From an uncultured Woeseiaceae bacterium (GTDB lineage: Bacteria; Pseudomonadota; Gammaproteobacteria; Steroidobacterales; Woeseiaceae), in the NCBI GenBank assembly GCA_947258565.1, contig CAMYJB010000024.1:7553-71552 (forward strand): a stretch of 64,000 nucleotides of DNA. The letters are read 5' to 3'. Below, in pieces: positions 1-9,876 of the stretch. The stretch's first letter is position 1. Each line of letters begins with the position of its first letter. A model generated the notes under the pieces. It saw only the letters and a list, made by a program, of their open reading frames with translations, had not been told where the DNA came from and searched no databases. A program made the translations under genes and the position numbers.

Positions 1-132
1 GCGATACCGAACAAGAGCGACCGTTTCCCGAAGCTGTTTTCTGTGGTGAGTCGTCCGCAAACCGGAGCGGGATCGATTGGTGGCAACAGTGGACGTTCAG
101 GGCGCCGGCGGCGGCGTTCGAGGTAATCGCCG

Positions 133-1242
133 TTGAGCAGACCCGACGCATCATTGCTCCGCCATAGCGATGCACTCGAAGTGCATTGGCCGTCCGGGAA
201 GGTGAGCCACCTGAATTTCCTGTGGTTACGCGATAACTGCGGTTGTGAAGAGTGTCGGGTCGTCCAGACCAACGAGAAGCGCTTCATGATCAGTGACGTG
301 CCCGTGGACATCGCGCCGCTCGCAGTCAGCCTGGACGGCAACCGGCTCGCCCTCGTCTGGCCGGACGGTCACGAAACGGTTTATGACGGCGCGGATATCG
401 AGGCAGCGTACGCGCCCGATAGTGTGAAATGGACGCCCTGGGACAGGCGTTTTTCGCCATCGCGGTACGGGTTCCAGGCGTTCCTCCGGGACGATTCGGC
501 CGCGTCGGCCGCAATCACCGAGTTCCTGGACACGGGCGCGATCATCCTGCAGCAGGCGCCGGCGCAGCCGGGAACGCTGGAGTCGCTGGCGCCGCGGCTG
601 GGGCCGATTCGCGAGGTCCTGTTTGCTCGCATCCATGACGTGAAGATCGACCCGAGCGGTTACAACGTGGCGCACACGTCCAACGCGCTGCCGCCGCACA
701 ACGACTTTGCCAGCTATTCCTGGCCGCCGAGCGTGCAGGCGCTGCACATGCTGGTCAACGAGGCGGCCGGCGGCGAGTCCGTTATCGTCGATGGCTGGAA
801 CGTTCTGAACGCACTGCGCGAGCGCCACCCCGGCCACTTCCGGGCGCTGTGCGACACGCCCGTTCCTTTCAGGGAGTTCGACGACGACAACGAGACCTAT
901 GCGGTCGCGCCACTGGTGCGCTGCGATGGCGACGGCAATATCCTGTCGCTGCGATTTTCGAACCAGCTGATGCAGGCGCTGGACCCCGGGGCTCCCGGCG
1001 TCGGCGAATTTTATCGTGCGTATCATGCTCTGTGCGGCCTGCTCACGGCGGACGATGCCAAGGCGAGGTTTCGTCTCGACGGCGGCGACATATTGATCGT
1101 GGCGGCTCACAGGGTTCTGCATGGACGCGAAGCTTTCGCGGCGGCAGGCCGGCGACACCTGCAGGACGCCTATTTCGAACTCGACAACGTCAGGAACCAC
1201 CTCGTCGTTCTGCAACGCAAGGGGGCACATATCGATGACTGA
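133..1242 (+). CDS. Fe(II)/2-oxoglutarate dioxygenase, gamma-butyrobetaine hydroxylase (BBOX)/TmpA-like, TauD family
   Basis: N-terminal WLRDNCGCEEC...WPDGH Zn-type domain; HxD in PPHNDF; distal H and 2OG-binding R in RVLHGR...RHLQDAY; TTG start after GAGGT. Confidence 0.85.
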   Translation: MSRPDASLLRHSDALEVHWPSGKVSHLNFLWLRDNCGCEECRVVQTNEKRFMISDVPVDIAPLAVSLDGNRLALVWPDGHETVYDGADIEAAYAPDSVKWTPWDRRFSPSRYGFQAFLRDDSAASAAITEFLDTGAIILQQAPAQPGTLESLAPRLGPIREVLFARIHDVKIDPSGYNVAHTSNALPPHNDFASYSWPPSVQALHMLVNEAAGGESVIVDGWNVLNALRERHPGHFRALCDTPVPFREFDDDNETYAVAPLVRCDGDGNILSLRFSNQLMQALDPGAPGVGEFYRAYHALCGLLTADDAKARFRLDGGDILIVAAHRVLHGREAFAAAGRRHLQDAYFELDNVRNHLVVLQRKGAHIDD

Positions 1243-1792
1243 CAAAGTCTCGTTTACGGCAATGGAACACGGCACGCGGGAAGACTACGAACTCCTGGCG
1301 CGCCATGATCGGGAATACGCTGCGCAACTGGCGGACAGGGTCATGCAATGGCTGCTGCAGATGGACGGCGAGTCGCCGTACCAGATCAGCCGCCTCGAGC
1401 ACTGCCTGCAGACGGCGACGCGCGCAGAGCGCGACGGCGCCGACGACGAAACCGTCATCTGCGCGCTGCTGCACGATATCGGGGACATCCTGGCACCGAA
1501 TAGTCATTCGGCCGTGGCTGCCGATCTGCTCGCCCCGTTCGTGAGCGAGAAAAACGAGTGGATCGTCCGCCACCACGGACTGTTCCAGGGTTACTACTAC
1601 TTCCATCATTACGGCATGGACCGCGACGCGCGAGACAGGTACCGCGGGCATGAGTACTTCGATGCGTGCGCGGACTTTTGCGCCAGGTGGGACCAGGTCT
1701 CGTTCGATCCCGAATACGACACATTTCCGCTGGAGCATTTCGAGGCCCGATTGCGCGCCTTGTTCGCGAAGGAGCCCAGGGCTTTTATCTGA
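1235..1792 (+). CDS. HD-domain metalloprotein, PhnZ/MIOX-like ligand set, substrate unknown
   Basis: EHCLQTATRA, ALLHDIGD, NSHS, VRHHG and WDQ give the H/HD/H/H/D ligands; ATG at 1235 overlaps the end of the upstream gene. Confidence 0.85.
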   Translation: MTDKVSFTAMEHGTREDYELLARHDREYAAQLADRVMQWLLQMDGESPYQISRLEHCLQTATRAERDGADDETVICALLHDIGDILAPNSHSAVAADLLAPFVSEKNEWIVRHHGLFQGYYYFHHYGMDRDARDRYRGHEYFDACADFCARWDQVSFDPEYDTFPLEHFEARLRALFAKEPRAFI

Positions 1793-1814
1793 GGACAATG
1801 GAGTAACGAGGCGC

Positions 1815-4271
1815 ATGAAAGAGCAGGCAAAAGTGGTAGTTATCGGCGGCGGCGTAGTGGGTGTCAGCGCCCTCTATCACCTCGCGAAAAAAGGCTGGGG
1901 CGATGACGCCGTGTTGCTCGAAAAAGCCGAGCTGACATCGGGGTCCACCTGGCATGCCGCCGGCCTGTTGCCGTTGTTCAACATGAGTTACAGCGTCGGC
2001 CAGGTCCATAAATACTCGGTTAATCTCTACAACCAGCTCGAGGAAGAGACGGGGCAGCCCGTGGGCTTTGCCCGGGTCGGCAACCTGCGCCTTGCGATGA
2101 ACGACGACCGCATGGACGAGTACTACCAGTACGCGGCGACCGCCCGCACCATCGGCATCGACGTGCGCTTCCTGACGCCGGCAGAAATAGGGGAACTATG
2201 GCCGCTGTGCAATACAGACGGGCTCGTGGGCGGCATTTTCCATCCGGAGGACGGCTACATTCAGCCGGCCGACCTCACGCAGGCGCTGGCGAGGGGAGCG
2301 CGTGCGAGAGGCGCCACGATCTATCGCAACACGGCCGTGCTGAACATCGAGCAGGCGACGTCAGGTGGCTGGGTGGTCGAGACGGAGAAGGGCAGCATCA
2401 CCTGCGACCACGTCATTTCGGCGACCGGCAACTACGCGCGCAAGACGGGTGCCATGGTGGGCCTCGATATTCCGGTAATCCCCGTCGAGCACCAGTACCT
2501 CGTAACGGAGCCGCACCCGGCGCTGCAGCAGCGCAAGCAGGACGGCCTGCCCGAGATGGGCGTACTGCGCGAGTCGGACGGCTCCTGGTACCTGCGCGAG
2601 GAGAACAACGGTTTCATTCTCGGCCCTTACGAGAAGGGCGCGCCGGCCTGTTACGTTGACGGCCCCGATCCGCGCGCCGAATACGAGCTGTTCCAGGAGG
2701 ACATAGAAAGGCTCGAGCCGCACATCGAGGCAGCGATGAACCGGGTTCCCGCCTTCGGCGAGGTGGGCATCAAGAAGGTCTATAACGGGGCGATCGCCTA
2801 TACGCCGGACGGCAACCCGATCATCGGCCCGGCCTGGGACCTCGACAATTTCTGGCTCAACGAGGGGCACAGCTTCGGCATCACGGCGGCCGGCGGTGCA
2901 GGCTGGCAGCTGGCGGAATGGATCGTGGAAGGCGAACCGACCATCGACATGCTGGGCGTCGAACCCCGGCGCTTCGGCGATTACGCGACGAAGAAATACC
3001 TCATCGAAAAAAACGAGGAGGCGTACTCGCACGTCTTCATCATCCATTACCCGGACGAGGAGCGCCCTGCGGCCAGGCCTTTGCGAATGGCGCCGTGCTA
3101 TGAGCGCATGAAGGATCGCGGCGCCGTGTTCGGCCAGAAGTTCGGCTGGGAGCGGCCGAACTTCTTCGCCACGGACGGCATGCCGCAGGAAGATGACTGG
3201 TCGTTCCGGCGCTCGCGGTGGTTCGAGGCGATCCGCAGGGAAGTCGCGAACACGACCGAAAACGTCGGCCTGCTGGACATGACCGCGTTTGCAAAGTGCC
3301 GTGTGTCGGGTCCGGGCGCGGAGGCCTTCCTCGATTACTTCGTGGCAAACACGTTACCGAAGAAGGTCGGCGGCGTGAGTCTCGCGCATGCGCTCAACAG
3401 GAATGGCGGCGTGCATTCCGAATTCACGATCCGGCGGGAGCCCGGCGACTCGTTCTACCTCGTGTCGGCGGGCGCCCTGCAACGGCTCGATCACGACTAC
3501 CTGAAGAAGCACATGCCGCGCGACGGTTCGGTGCAGTTCACGCAGCTGACCGGCGCCTGCGGCGTGCTCGTGCTGGCAGGACCGAAAGCGCGCCTTCTGC
3601 TCGAGCGCGTGACGGACGCGGATTTGTCCAACGAAGCGTTTCGCTGGCTGACGGCGCAGGACATCGTCGTCGGTATGGCGCCCGTCAACGCGATGCGGGT
3701 GAACTTCGTGGGCGAACTCGGCTGGGAGCTGCACCACCCGATCGAATACCAGAATCACATATTCGATGCACTGTTTGCCGCGGGCGAGGACCTCGGCCTG
3801 CAGCCCTTCGGCATCCGCGCCATGGACTCCATGCGGCTGGAGAAGTCGTACCGAATGGTCGGCACCGAGCTTTCGATCGAATACTCCGCCTACGAGTCCG
3901 CCATGGATCGCTTCATCAAGCCGGACAAGGGCGATTTTCTCGGCCGCGACGCCTTGCTCGCCCGGCAGAAGGCGGGCATGGACAATCGACTCGTGGCGCT
4001 CGAGGTCCACGGTGTCGATGATGCCGATGCCCTGGGCAATAATGCGCTCCTGAAAGATGCTGAACTGATCGGGCGTGCGACGGGCGGCGGCTACGGCTTT
4101 CGCGTCGGCAAGTCGCTGGCGCTGGGCATGGTGAGGCCGGAATTCGCGGAGCCCGGGTCCGGACTCGAGATCGAGATTCTCGGCAAGACCTATGACGCGA
4201 CGGTCATCCCCGACAGTCCGTTCGATCCGAAGAATGAGCGCTTGCGGGACGTAAATGGAGCCAATGACTGA
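1815..4271 (+). CDS. GcvT-family FAD oxidoreductase, dimethylglycine dehydrogenase-like
   Basis: VVIGGGVVG Rossmann motif, GSTWHAAGL flavinylation motif, C-terminal folate-binding GcvT domain (NFVGELGWELH, MRLEKSY); ATG at 1815. Confidence 0.9.
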   Translation: MKEQAKVVVIGGGVVGVSALYHLAKKGWGDDAVLLEKAELTSGSTWHAAGLLPLFNMSYSVGQVHKYSVNLYNQLEEETGQPVGFARVGNLRLAMNDDRMDEYYQYAATARTIGIDVRFLTPAEIGELWPLCNTDGLVGGIFHPEDGYIQPADLTQALARGARARGATIYRNTAVLNIEQATSGGWVVETEKGSITCDHVISATGNYARKTGAMVGLDIPVIPVEHQYLVTEPHPALQQRKQDGLPEMGVLRESDGSWYLREENNGFILGPYEKGAPACYVDGPDPRAEYELFQEDIERLEPHIEAAMNRVPAFGEVGIKKVYNGAIAYTPDGNPIIGPAWDLDNFWLNEGHSFGITAAGGAGWQLAEWIVEGEPTIDMLGVEPRRFGDYATKKYLIEKNEEAYSHVFIIHYPDEERPAARPLRMAPCYERMKDRGAVFGQKFGWERPNFFATDGMPQEDDWSFRRSRWFEAIRREVANTTENVGLLDMTAFAKCRVSGPGAEAFLDYFVANTLPKKVGGVSLAHALNRNGGVHSEFTIRREPGDSFYLVSAGALQRLDHDYLKKHMPRDGSVQFTQLTGACGVLVLAGPKARLLLERVTDADLSNEAFRWLTAQDIVVGMAPVNAMRVNFVGELGWELHHPIEYQNHIFDALFAAGEDLGLQPFGIRAMDSMRLEKSYRMVGTELSIEYSAYESAMDRFIKPDKGDFLGRDALLARQKAGMDNRLVALEVHGVDDADALGNNALLKDAELIGRATGGGYGFRVGKSLALGMVRPEFAEPGSGLEIEILGKTYDATVIPDSPFDPKNERLRDVNGAND

Positions 4272-4674
4272 CGCGACCGGACAATGCCTCTGCGGCGCGG
4301 TACGCTACGCCGTGTACGGATCACTGCGCCCGGTGAGCTATTGCCACTGTTCGCAATGCCGCAGGACCAGCGGGCACTTCGTTGCCGCGACGGCCTGCGA
4401 CGCCGCGGCACTGCAGCTGCTGAAGGATGCGGGGCTGCGCTGGTATCGGTCGTCGCCGGGAGCCGAACGCGGATTCTGCGGCGATTGCGGATCGAGCCTG
4501 TTCTGGAAGCCGGATCACGGCCGCTACGTGAGCATCATGGCGGGAACCATGGATTCGCCGACGGGTCTCCATGCTGATGAGCACATTTTCGTTGCGGATG
4601 CGTCGGACTATTACGTGCTCGCAGACGGGCTGCCACAATTCGAACATTACCCGCCGGGAACCAGAGATGCGTAA
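4264..4674 (+). CDS. GFA/CENP-V family protein (glutathione-dependent formaldehyde-activating-like)
   Basis: [18 protein letters not shown] and RGFCGDCGS Zn motifs; GGAG RBS before ATG 4264. Confidence 0.9.
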   Translation: MTDATGQCLCGAVRYAVYGSLRPVSYCHCSQCRRTSGHFVAATACDAAALQLLKDAGLRWYRSSPGAERGFCGDCGSSLFWKPDHGRYVSIMAGTMDSPTGLHADEHIFVADASDYYVLADGLPQFEHYPPGTRDA

Positions 4675-5917
4675 GTACTCCGCTTTCAGTCTCGTTCGCA
4701 ACGCGCTCAGCCACAATCGCAAGTGGCGCGAGGCGTGGCGCAGCCCGGATCCGAAGCCGGAGTACGACGTGATTATCGTCGGCGGGGGCGGGCATGGCCT
4801 CGCCACCGCCTACTACCTCGCGACGGAACACGGTGTTCGCAACGTTGCCGTGCTCGAGAAAGGCTGGATCGGTGGCGGCAATACCGGCCGCAATACGACG
4901 ATCGTGCGCTCGAATTACCTGTGGACGGAGGCCTCGCTGCTGTACGAGAAATCCATGCAACTCTGGGAGGGCCTGAGCCAGGACCTCAACTACAACGTGA
5001 TGTTCAGCCAGCGCGGTGTCTATAACCTGGGCCACACGCTGCAGGACATGCGCGATATCGAGCGGCGCGTCAATGCGAACCGTCTCAACGGTATCGATGC
5101 CGAGGTAGTCAGCGCCGAACAGATCGGTAAAGCCATTCCTTTTATCAATACGTCGCCCGATGCGCGCTACCCCATACTCGGGGCGTCACTGCAAAGGCGA
5201 GCGGGCGTGGCGCGTCACGACGCGGTCGCCTGGGGGTTCGCCCGTGCCGCAGACGCACGCGGCGTTGACATCATCGAGCAGTGCGAGGTCACCGGGATCA
5301 ATCGCGACGGCGGCAAGGTGACCGGTGTAGAGACGACGCGCGGCGTGATCAAGGCGCCCAGGATCGGCGTGGTCGTGGCCGGGAACGCAAGCGTGCTCGC
5401 CGCGATGGCGGGATTGCGCCTGCCGATCGAAAGTCATCCGTTGCAGGCGTTCGTATCGGAGCCGCTGAAGCCCGTGATCGATACCGTGATCATGTCGAAT
5501 GCGGTGCATGGCTATATCAGCCAGTCGGACAAGGGCGAACTCGTCATCGGCGCGGGCATAGACGCCTACAACGGTTACGGCCAGCGCGGCAGCTTCCAGA
5601 CCATCGAGCATACGATGCAGGCGATTATCGAGTTGTTCCCGGTGCTCAGCCGCGTGCGCATGCTGAGGCAGTGGGGCGGCATCGTCGACGTCTGTCCCGA
5701 TGCCTGCCCGATTATCTCGAAGACGCCCGTCGGCGGTCTCTTCTTCAACTGCGGTTGGGGCACGGGCGGTTTCAAGGCGACGCCCGGCTCGGGCTGGGCG
5801 TTTGCGCACACGATCGCAGAGGACCGCCCGCACGAGCTCAATGCGCCGTTCGACCTCGAGCGCTTCACGACCGGCGCATTGATCGATGAACACGGTGCCG
5901 CGGCGGTAGCCCACTGA
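4667..5917 (+). CDS. soxB: Sarcosine oxidase subunit beta
   Basis: MRKYSAFSL start, [30 protein letters not shown]-terminal [11 protein letters not shown]. Confidence 0.97.
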   Translation: MRKYSAFSLVRNALSHNRKWREAWRSPDPKPEYDVIIVGGGGHGLATAYYLATEHGVRNVAVLEKGWIGGGNTGRNTTIVRSNYLWTEASLLYEKSMQLWEGLSQDLNYNVMFSQRGVYNLGHTLQDMRDIERRVNANRLNGIDAEVVSAEQIGKAIPFINTSPDARYPILGASLQRRAGVARHDAVAWGFARAADARGVDIIEQCEVTGINRDGGKVTGVETTRGVIKAPRIGVVVAGNASVLAAMAGLRLPIESHPLQAFVSEPLKPVIDTVIMSNAVHGYISQSDKGELVIGAGIDAYNGYGQRGSFQTIEHTMQAIIELFPVLSRVRMLRQWGGIVDVCPDACPIISKTPVGGLFFNCGWGTGGFKATPGSGWAFAHTIAEDRPHELNAPFDLERFTTGALIDEHGAAAVAH

Positions 5918-5927
5918 GGAGACGCAG

Positions 5928-6209
5928 ATGTTGCTTATCGAATGTCCATGGTGTGGCGAGCGGGCCGAAACCGAGTTCAGCTATGGTGGCGAAGCCGGCA
6001 TCACGCGCCCGGCTGATCCCGGTGCGCTCAGCGATGCGGAGTGGGCCGACTACCTGTTCAATCGCAGCAATACCCGCGGTGCACACCGCGAACTCTGGAA
6101 TCACGCCCAGGGCTGCCGCCGCTGGTTCGGCGTCGAGCGCGATACCGTGACGTACAGGATCTCGGGCAGCTTCCGTCTCTCCGGCGCTTCGGACAACCGG
6201 GAGGCCTAG
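5928..6209 (+). CDS. soxD: Sarcosine oxidase subunit delta
   Basis: MLLIECPWCGER...EFSYGGEA...W.H..GCRRWF..RDTVT; GAGGA RBS. Confidence 0.97.
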   Translation: MLLIECPWCGERAETEFSYGGEAGITRPADPGALSDAEWADYLFNRSNTRGAHRELWNHAQGCRRWFGVERDTVTYRISGSFRLSGASDNREA

Positions 6210-6215
6210 CCGACG

Positions 6216-9215
6216 ATGCAGCCGCAACGACTGCCAACCGGAGGCCGGATCGACCGTTCGAAGCCGCTCATCTTTCGCTTCGACGGGCGCAAGTTCGAAG
6301 GCTATGCGGGAGACACGCTGGCGTCGGCGTTGCTCGCAAACGGTGTCTCGATCGTCGGTCGGAGCTTCAAACTGCGGCGGCCGCGCGGCATCGTGGGAGG
6401 CGGGGCAGAGGAACCGAATGCCATCATGCAGATCGGCAAAGGCGCGCATGCGCAGCCGAACCTGCGCGCGACCCAGGTCGAGCTTTACGACGGTCTGGTT
6501 GCCCGTGCTACCAAAGGCTGGCCGGGTGCCAGGTTCGATCTCGGCGCCATCAATGACGCCTTCGGCAAGGTCTTCAGCGCCGGGTTCTACTACAAGACGT
6601 TCATGAGGCCGAAGTCCTGGTGGCACCTTTACGAACGCGTCATCCGGGCATCGGCAGGTTTCGGGCGGGCGCCGGTGGAGAAAGACCCGGACCACTACGA
6701 GCATCGCAATGCGCACTGCGATGTACTCGTTGCCGGCGGTGGCCCCGCCGGACTCGCGGCCGCCCTCGCGGCCGGGCAGGCGGGCGCCCGGGTCATGCTG
6801 GCCGATGAACAAAACGAATTCGGCGGGTCGCTGCTGGGCGCGAAGCGGAACGTCGGCGACGCACCTGCCGAAGAATGGCTCAGGCGTACCATCGAGTCGC
6901 TCGCCGCGCTCGACAACGTTACGTTGCTGCCGCGTAGTACGGTGTTCGGCTATTACGACCACAACTTCCTGGCGATCGCCGAACGCTGCACGGACCACCT
7001 GCCCGAGGCAGACCGCGCGGGCGTGCGGCAACGACTGTGGCGGGTGCGGGCGAAACAGGTCGTGCTCGCCCAGGGCGCGTTCGAGCGGCCACTGGCTTTC
7101 TGCAACAACGACCGGCCGGGCGTGATGCTCGCGTCGGCCGTGTCGCAATACATTCGTCGCTACGCGGTGCGACCGGGCAGGCGCGCCGTCGTCTTTACCA
7201 ACAACGATTCCGCCTACGAAACCGCTCTCGACCTCGCGGAAGCCGGGTCGTCGGTAGTCATCGTGGACAGTCGCGCGGGCGGCGCAGGGCCGCTCGGGGA
7301 GCGCGCCGCGCAGGCGGGAATATCCGTTATTGCCGGCCATGTCGTCACGGACGTGGTGGGGCGGCGGCGCGTACGCGGCGTGCAGGTTGCGGGCTGGTCG
7401 GGCAATCCGGCTTACCTCGTGGAGAGTTCGATTCGTATCGACTGTGACCTCGTCGCGATGTCCGGTGGCTGGAGTCCGGCGGTGCACCTGCACTCGCATG
7501 CCGGTGGCAGGAACGTGTGGGATGCGGAGCGGCACTGCTTCGTACCTGGCGAAACGACGCAGGCAAACGTCTCTGCGGGGTCCTGCAACGGCACCTTGTC
7601 GTTGCGCGGTTGCCTCCGCGAAGGCAACGAGTCGGGGAGAGCGGCGGCATCACGCTGTGGATTCGAGGCACCGGATATCGAATTGCCGTCCACGTCAGAG
7701 GGTCACGAAAACCCGCTGCAGCCGCTCTGGCGCGTGCCCGCCGATGCGGAGCCCGAGCGCTGCCCCAAGCAATTCCTGGACTATCAGAACGATACCAGCG
7801 TCGCGGATATCCGCCTGGCCGTGCGCGAAGGCTACCGCAACGTCGAGCACGTCAAGCGCTACACGGCGCTCGGCTTCGGCACCGATCAGGGCAAGCTGGG
7901 CAACATCAACGGCATGGCGGTGCTCGCGGAATGCCTGGGCAAGTCCATTCCCGAGGTCGGCACGACCACCTTCAGGCCCGCGTACACGCCCGTCACCTTC
8001 GGTGTCGGCGCCGGCGAAAATGTCGGCGACCTGTACGATCCCGTACGCAAGACCGCAATCCACGAATGGCATGTCGCCGCCGGCGCGCCGATGGAAAATG
8101 TGGGGCAGTGGCACAGGCCCTGGTACTTCCCGCGTGACAACGAGGACCTGCACACGGCGGTAGCACGCGAGTGCCAGGCGGCGCGGCAGTCGCTGGGCAT
8201 CATGGATGCATCCACGCTCGGCAAGATCGACGCCCGCGGCCCGGACGTCGTCGATTTCCTGGAACGCATATACACGCACAATGTCGGCACGATGAAGGTC
8301 GGCCGCTGCGCGTACGGCATCATGCTCGGCGAGGACGGCATGGTGATGGACGACGGCGTCATGGCGCGGGTGGGCGAGCAGCGCTTTTATCTCACGACGA
8401 CGACGGGCGGTGCGGCGAATGTACTTGCATGGCTCGAGTCGTGGCTGCAGACCGAGTGGCCCGAGCTGGAGGTGTTTCTCACGTCGCTCACCGACCAGTT
8501 CTCGACGATCGCTGTCGTCGGCCCGAACAGCCGCAGGGTTCTCGAGAAGCTCGGCTGCTCTATCGATCTCGACAAGGACAGTTTCCCGTTCATGACGGTA
8601 AGAGATGCGGAACTCGGCGGGTACCCGGTGCAGCTCTTTCGCGTCAGCTTCTCAGGCGAACTCGCGTTCGAGATCAATATCGACAGCAGCTATGCGCTGC
8701 AAATGTGGAAGACTGTCATGGCAGCTGGCGAGGAGTTCGGCATAACACCTTACGGCACCGAAACCATGCACGTTCTGCGTGCGGAGAAAGGTTTCGTCAT
8801 CGTCGGCCAGGACACGGACGGCTCGGTGACGCCGGTCGATCTCGGCATGAACTGGCTACTGTCGAAAGACAAGGATTTCCTCGGTAAACGTTCCCTCGCG
8901 CGCCCCGATTGCGTACGTGACGATCGCAAGCAACTGGTCGGGCTGCTGTCTCCGGATAACGGCACGGTGCTCCCTGAAGGAACGCAGCTGGTGGAAACGC
9001 CGGATGCGCCGGTGCCCGTGCCCATGTGCGGTCACGTCACGTCGAGCTACATGAGCGCCTGCCTCGGGCATCCCATCGCGCTTGCACTCGTCGCAGGCGG
9101 TCGTGCACGCAAGGCCGAAACGATCTATGCGGCATTGCCCGGGCGGGAGCCGATGCCCGTGACCGTCACCGCGCCGGTTTTTTACGATCCGAAGGGAGAA
9201 CGGCAGCATGTCTGA
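6216..9215 (+). CDS. soxA: Sarcosine oxidase subunit alpha
   Basis: GDTLASALLANG, AGFYYKTFM, KRYTALGFGTDQGK, TTFRPAYTPVTF, GcvT-like C-terminus; 999 aa. Confidence 0.97.
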   Translation: MQPQRLPTGGRIDRSKPLIFRFDGRKFEGYAGDTLASALLANGVSIVGRSFKLRRPRGIVGGGAEEPNAIMQIGKGAHAQPNLRATQVELYDGLVARATKGWPGARFDLGAINDAFGKVFSAGFYYKTFMRPKSWWHLYERVIRASAGFGRAPVEKDPDHYEHRNAHCDVLVAGGGPAGLAAALAAGQAGARVMLADEQNEFGGSLLGAKRNVGDAPAEEWLRRTIESLAALDNVTLLPRSTVFGYYDHNFLAIAERCTDHLPEADRAGVRQRLWRVRAKQVVLAQGAFERPLAFCNNDRPGVMLASAVSQYIRRYAVRPGRRAVVFTNNDSAYETALDLAEAGSSVVIVDSRAGGAGPLGERAAQAGISVIAGHVVTDVVGRRRVRGVQVAGWSGNPAYLVESSIRIDCDLVAMSGGWSPAVHLHSHAGGRNVWDAERHCFVPGETTQANVSAGSCNGTLSLRGCLREGNESGRAAASRCGFEAPDIELPSTSEGHENPLQPLWRVPADAEPERCPKQFLDYQNDTSVADIRLAVREGYRNVEHVKRYTALGFGTDQGKLGNINGMAVLAECLGKSIPEVGTTTFRPAYTPVTFGVGAGENVGDLYDPVRKTAIHEWHVAAGAPMENVGQWHRPWYFPRDNEDLHTAVARECQAARQSLGIMDASTLGKIDARGPDVVDFLERIYTHNVGTMKVGRCAYGIMLGEDGMVMDDGVMARVGEQRFYLTTTTGGAANVLAWLESWLQTEWPELEVFLTSLTDQFSTIAVVGPNSRRVLEKLGCSIDLDKDSFPFMTVRDAELGGYPVQLFRVSFSGELAFEINIDSSYALQMWKTVMAAGEEFGITPYGTETMHVLRAEKGFVIVGQDTDGSVTPVDLGMNWLLSKDKDFLGKRSLARPDCVRDDRKQLVGLLSPDNGTVLPEGTQLVETPDAPVPVPMCGHVTSSYMSACLGHPIALALVAGGRARKAETIYAALPGREPMPVTVTAPVFYDPKGERQHV

Positions 9216-9813
9216 GCTCCTAACGCGACGCCACGGTCTCGAATTTTTGCTCGCCGAATTGGGCGGATCGCGCATGGCTGATCCGGGAGCGAGCGTCACG
9301 ATCCGCGGCGATCTCGGGCACATCAACCTTCGCGGTCGTGCATCGGATGCAGGTTTCTTGCCGCCGGTCGAGAAATTGCTGGGCCAGGCACTGCCGATAG
9401 AGCCGAATACGGTTTCCGGTGAACGTCACCAGGTATTCTGGCTCGGTCCCGACGAGTGGCTCATCGTCACACCGGCCGCCGGGGCGTTGGAACTGGCCGA
9501 GCGCCTTCGACAGGCGACATCGGGCACCCATGCGTCGGTCAACGATATCAGCGGCGGGCAGATCGCACTGATGTTGCAAGGGGCGGAGTGTCGTGAGTTG
9601 CTGGCCAAAGGTTGCGCCCTTGACCTGCATCCGAGCGTGTTTGCAGCCGGCGACTGTGCACAAAGCGGTCTTGCCAGGGCCAACGTCCTCTTGGCACTAA
9701 TGGACGCAACGCCCACGTTCATGATTGTCGTTCGCCGCAGCTTTTCTGACTACTTGTGCCGTTGGCTCGCGCATGCCGGCAGCGACGTGGGCATTGCGTT
9801 CCGGGACGCCTGA
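9208..9813 (+). CDS. soxG: Sarcosine oxidase subunit gamma
   Basis: INLRG, WLGPDEWLI, LAKGCALDLHP, VRRSFSDYL; overlaps the soxA stop. Confidence 0.95.
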   Translation: MSELLTRRHGLEFLLAELGGSRMADPGASVTIRGDLGHINLRGRASDAGFLPPVEKLLGQALPIEPNTVSGERHQVFWLGPDEWLIVTPAAGALELAERLRQATSGTHASVNDISGGQIALMLQGAECRELLAKGCALDLHPSVFAAGDCAQSGLARANVLLALMDATPTFMIVVRRSFSDYLCRWLAHAGSDVGIAFRDA

Positions 9814-9876
9814 TCGAATGATGACGCCGCACGCGCGGCATTGAGTTCCGCCAGACCGCAATTCATACTCCGGGCG

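Noticed and set aside
133..1792. Direct assignment as tmpA/tmpB or phnY/phnZ
   Set aside because: The HD protein lacks recognisable phosphonate-binding motifs and no phosphonate transport genes are visible, so gene symbols were withheld.
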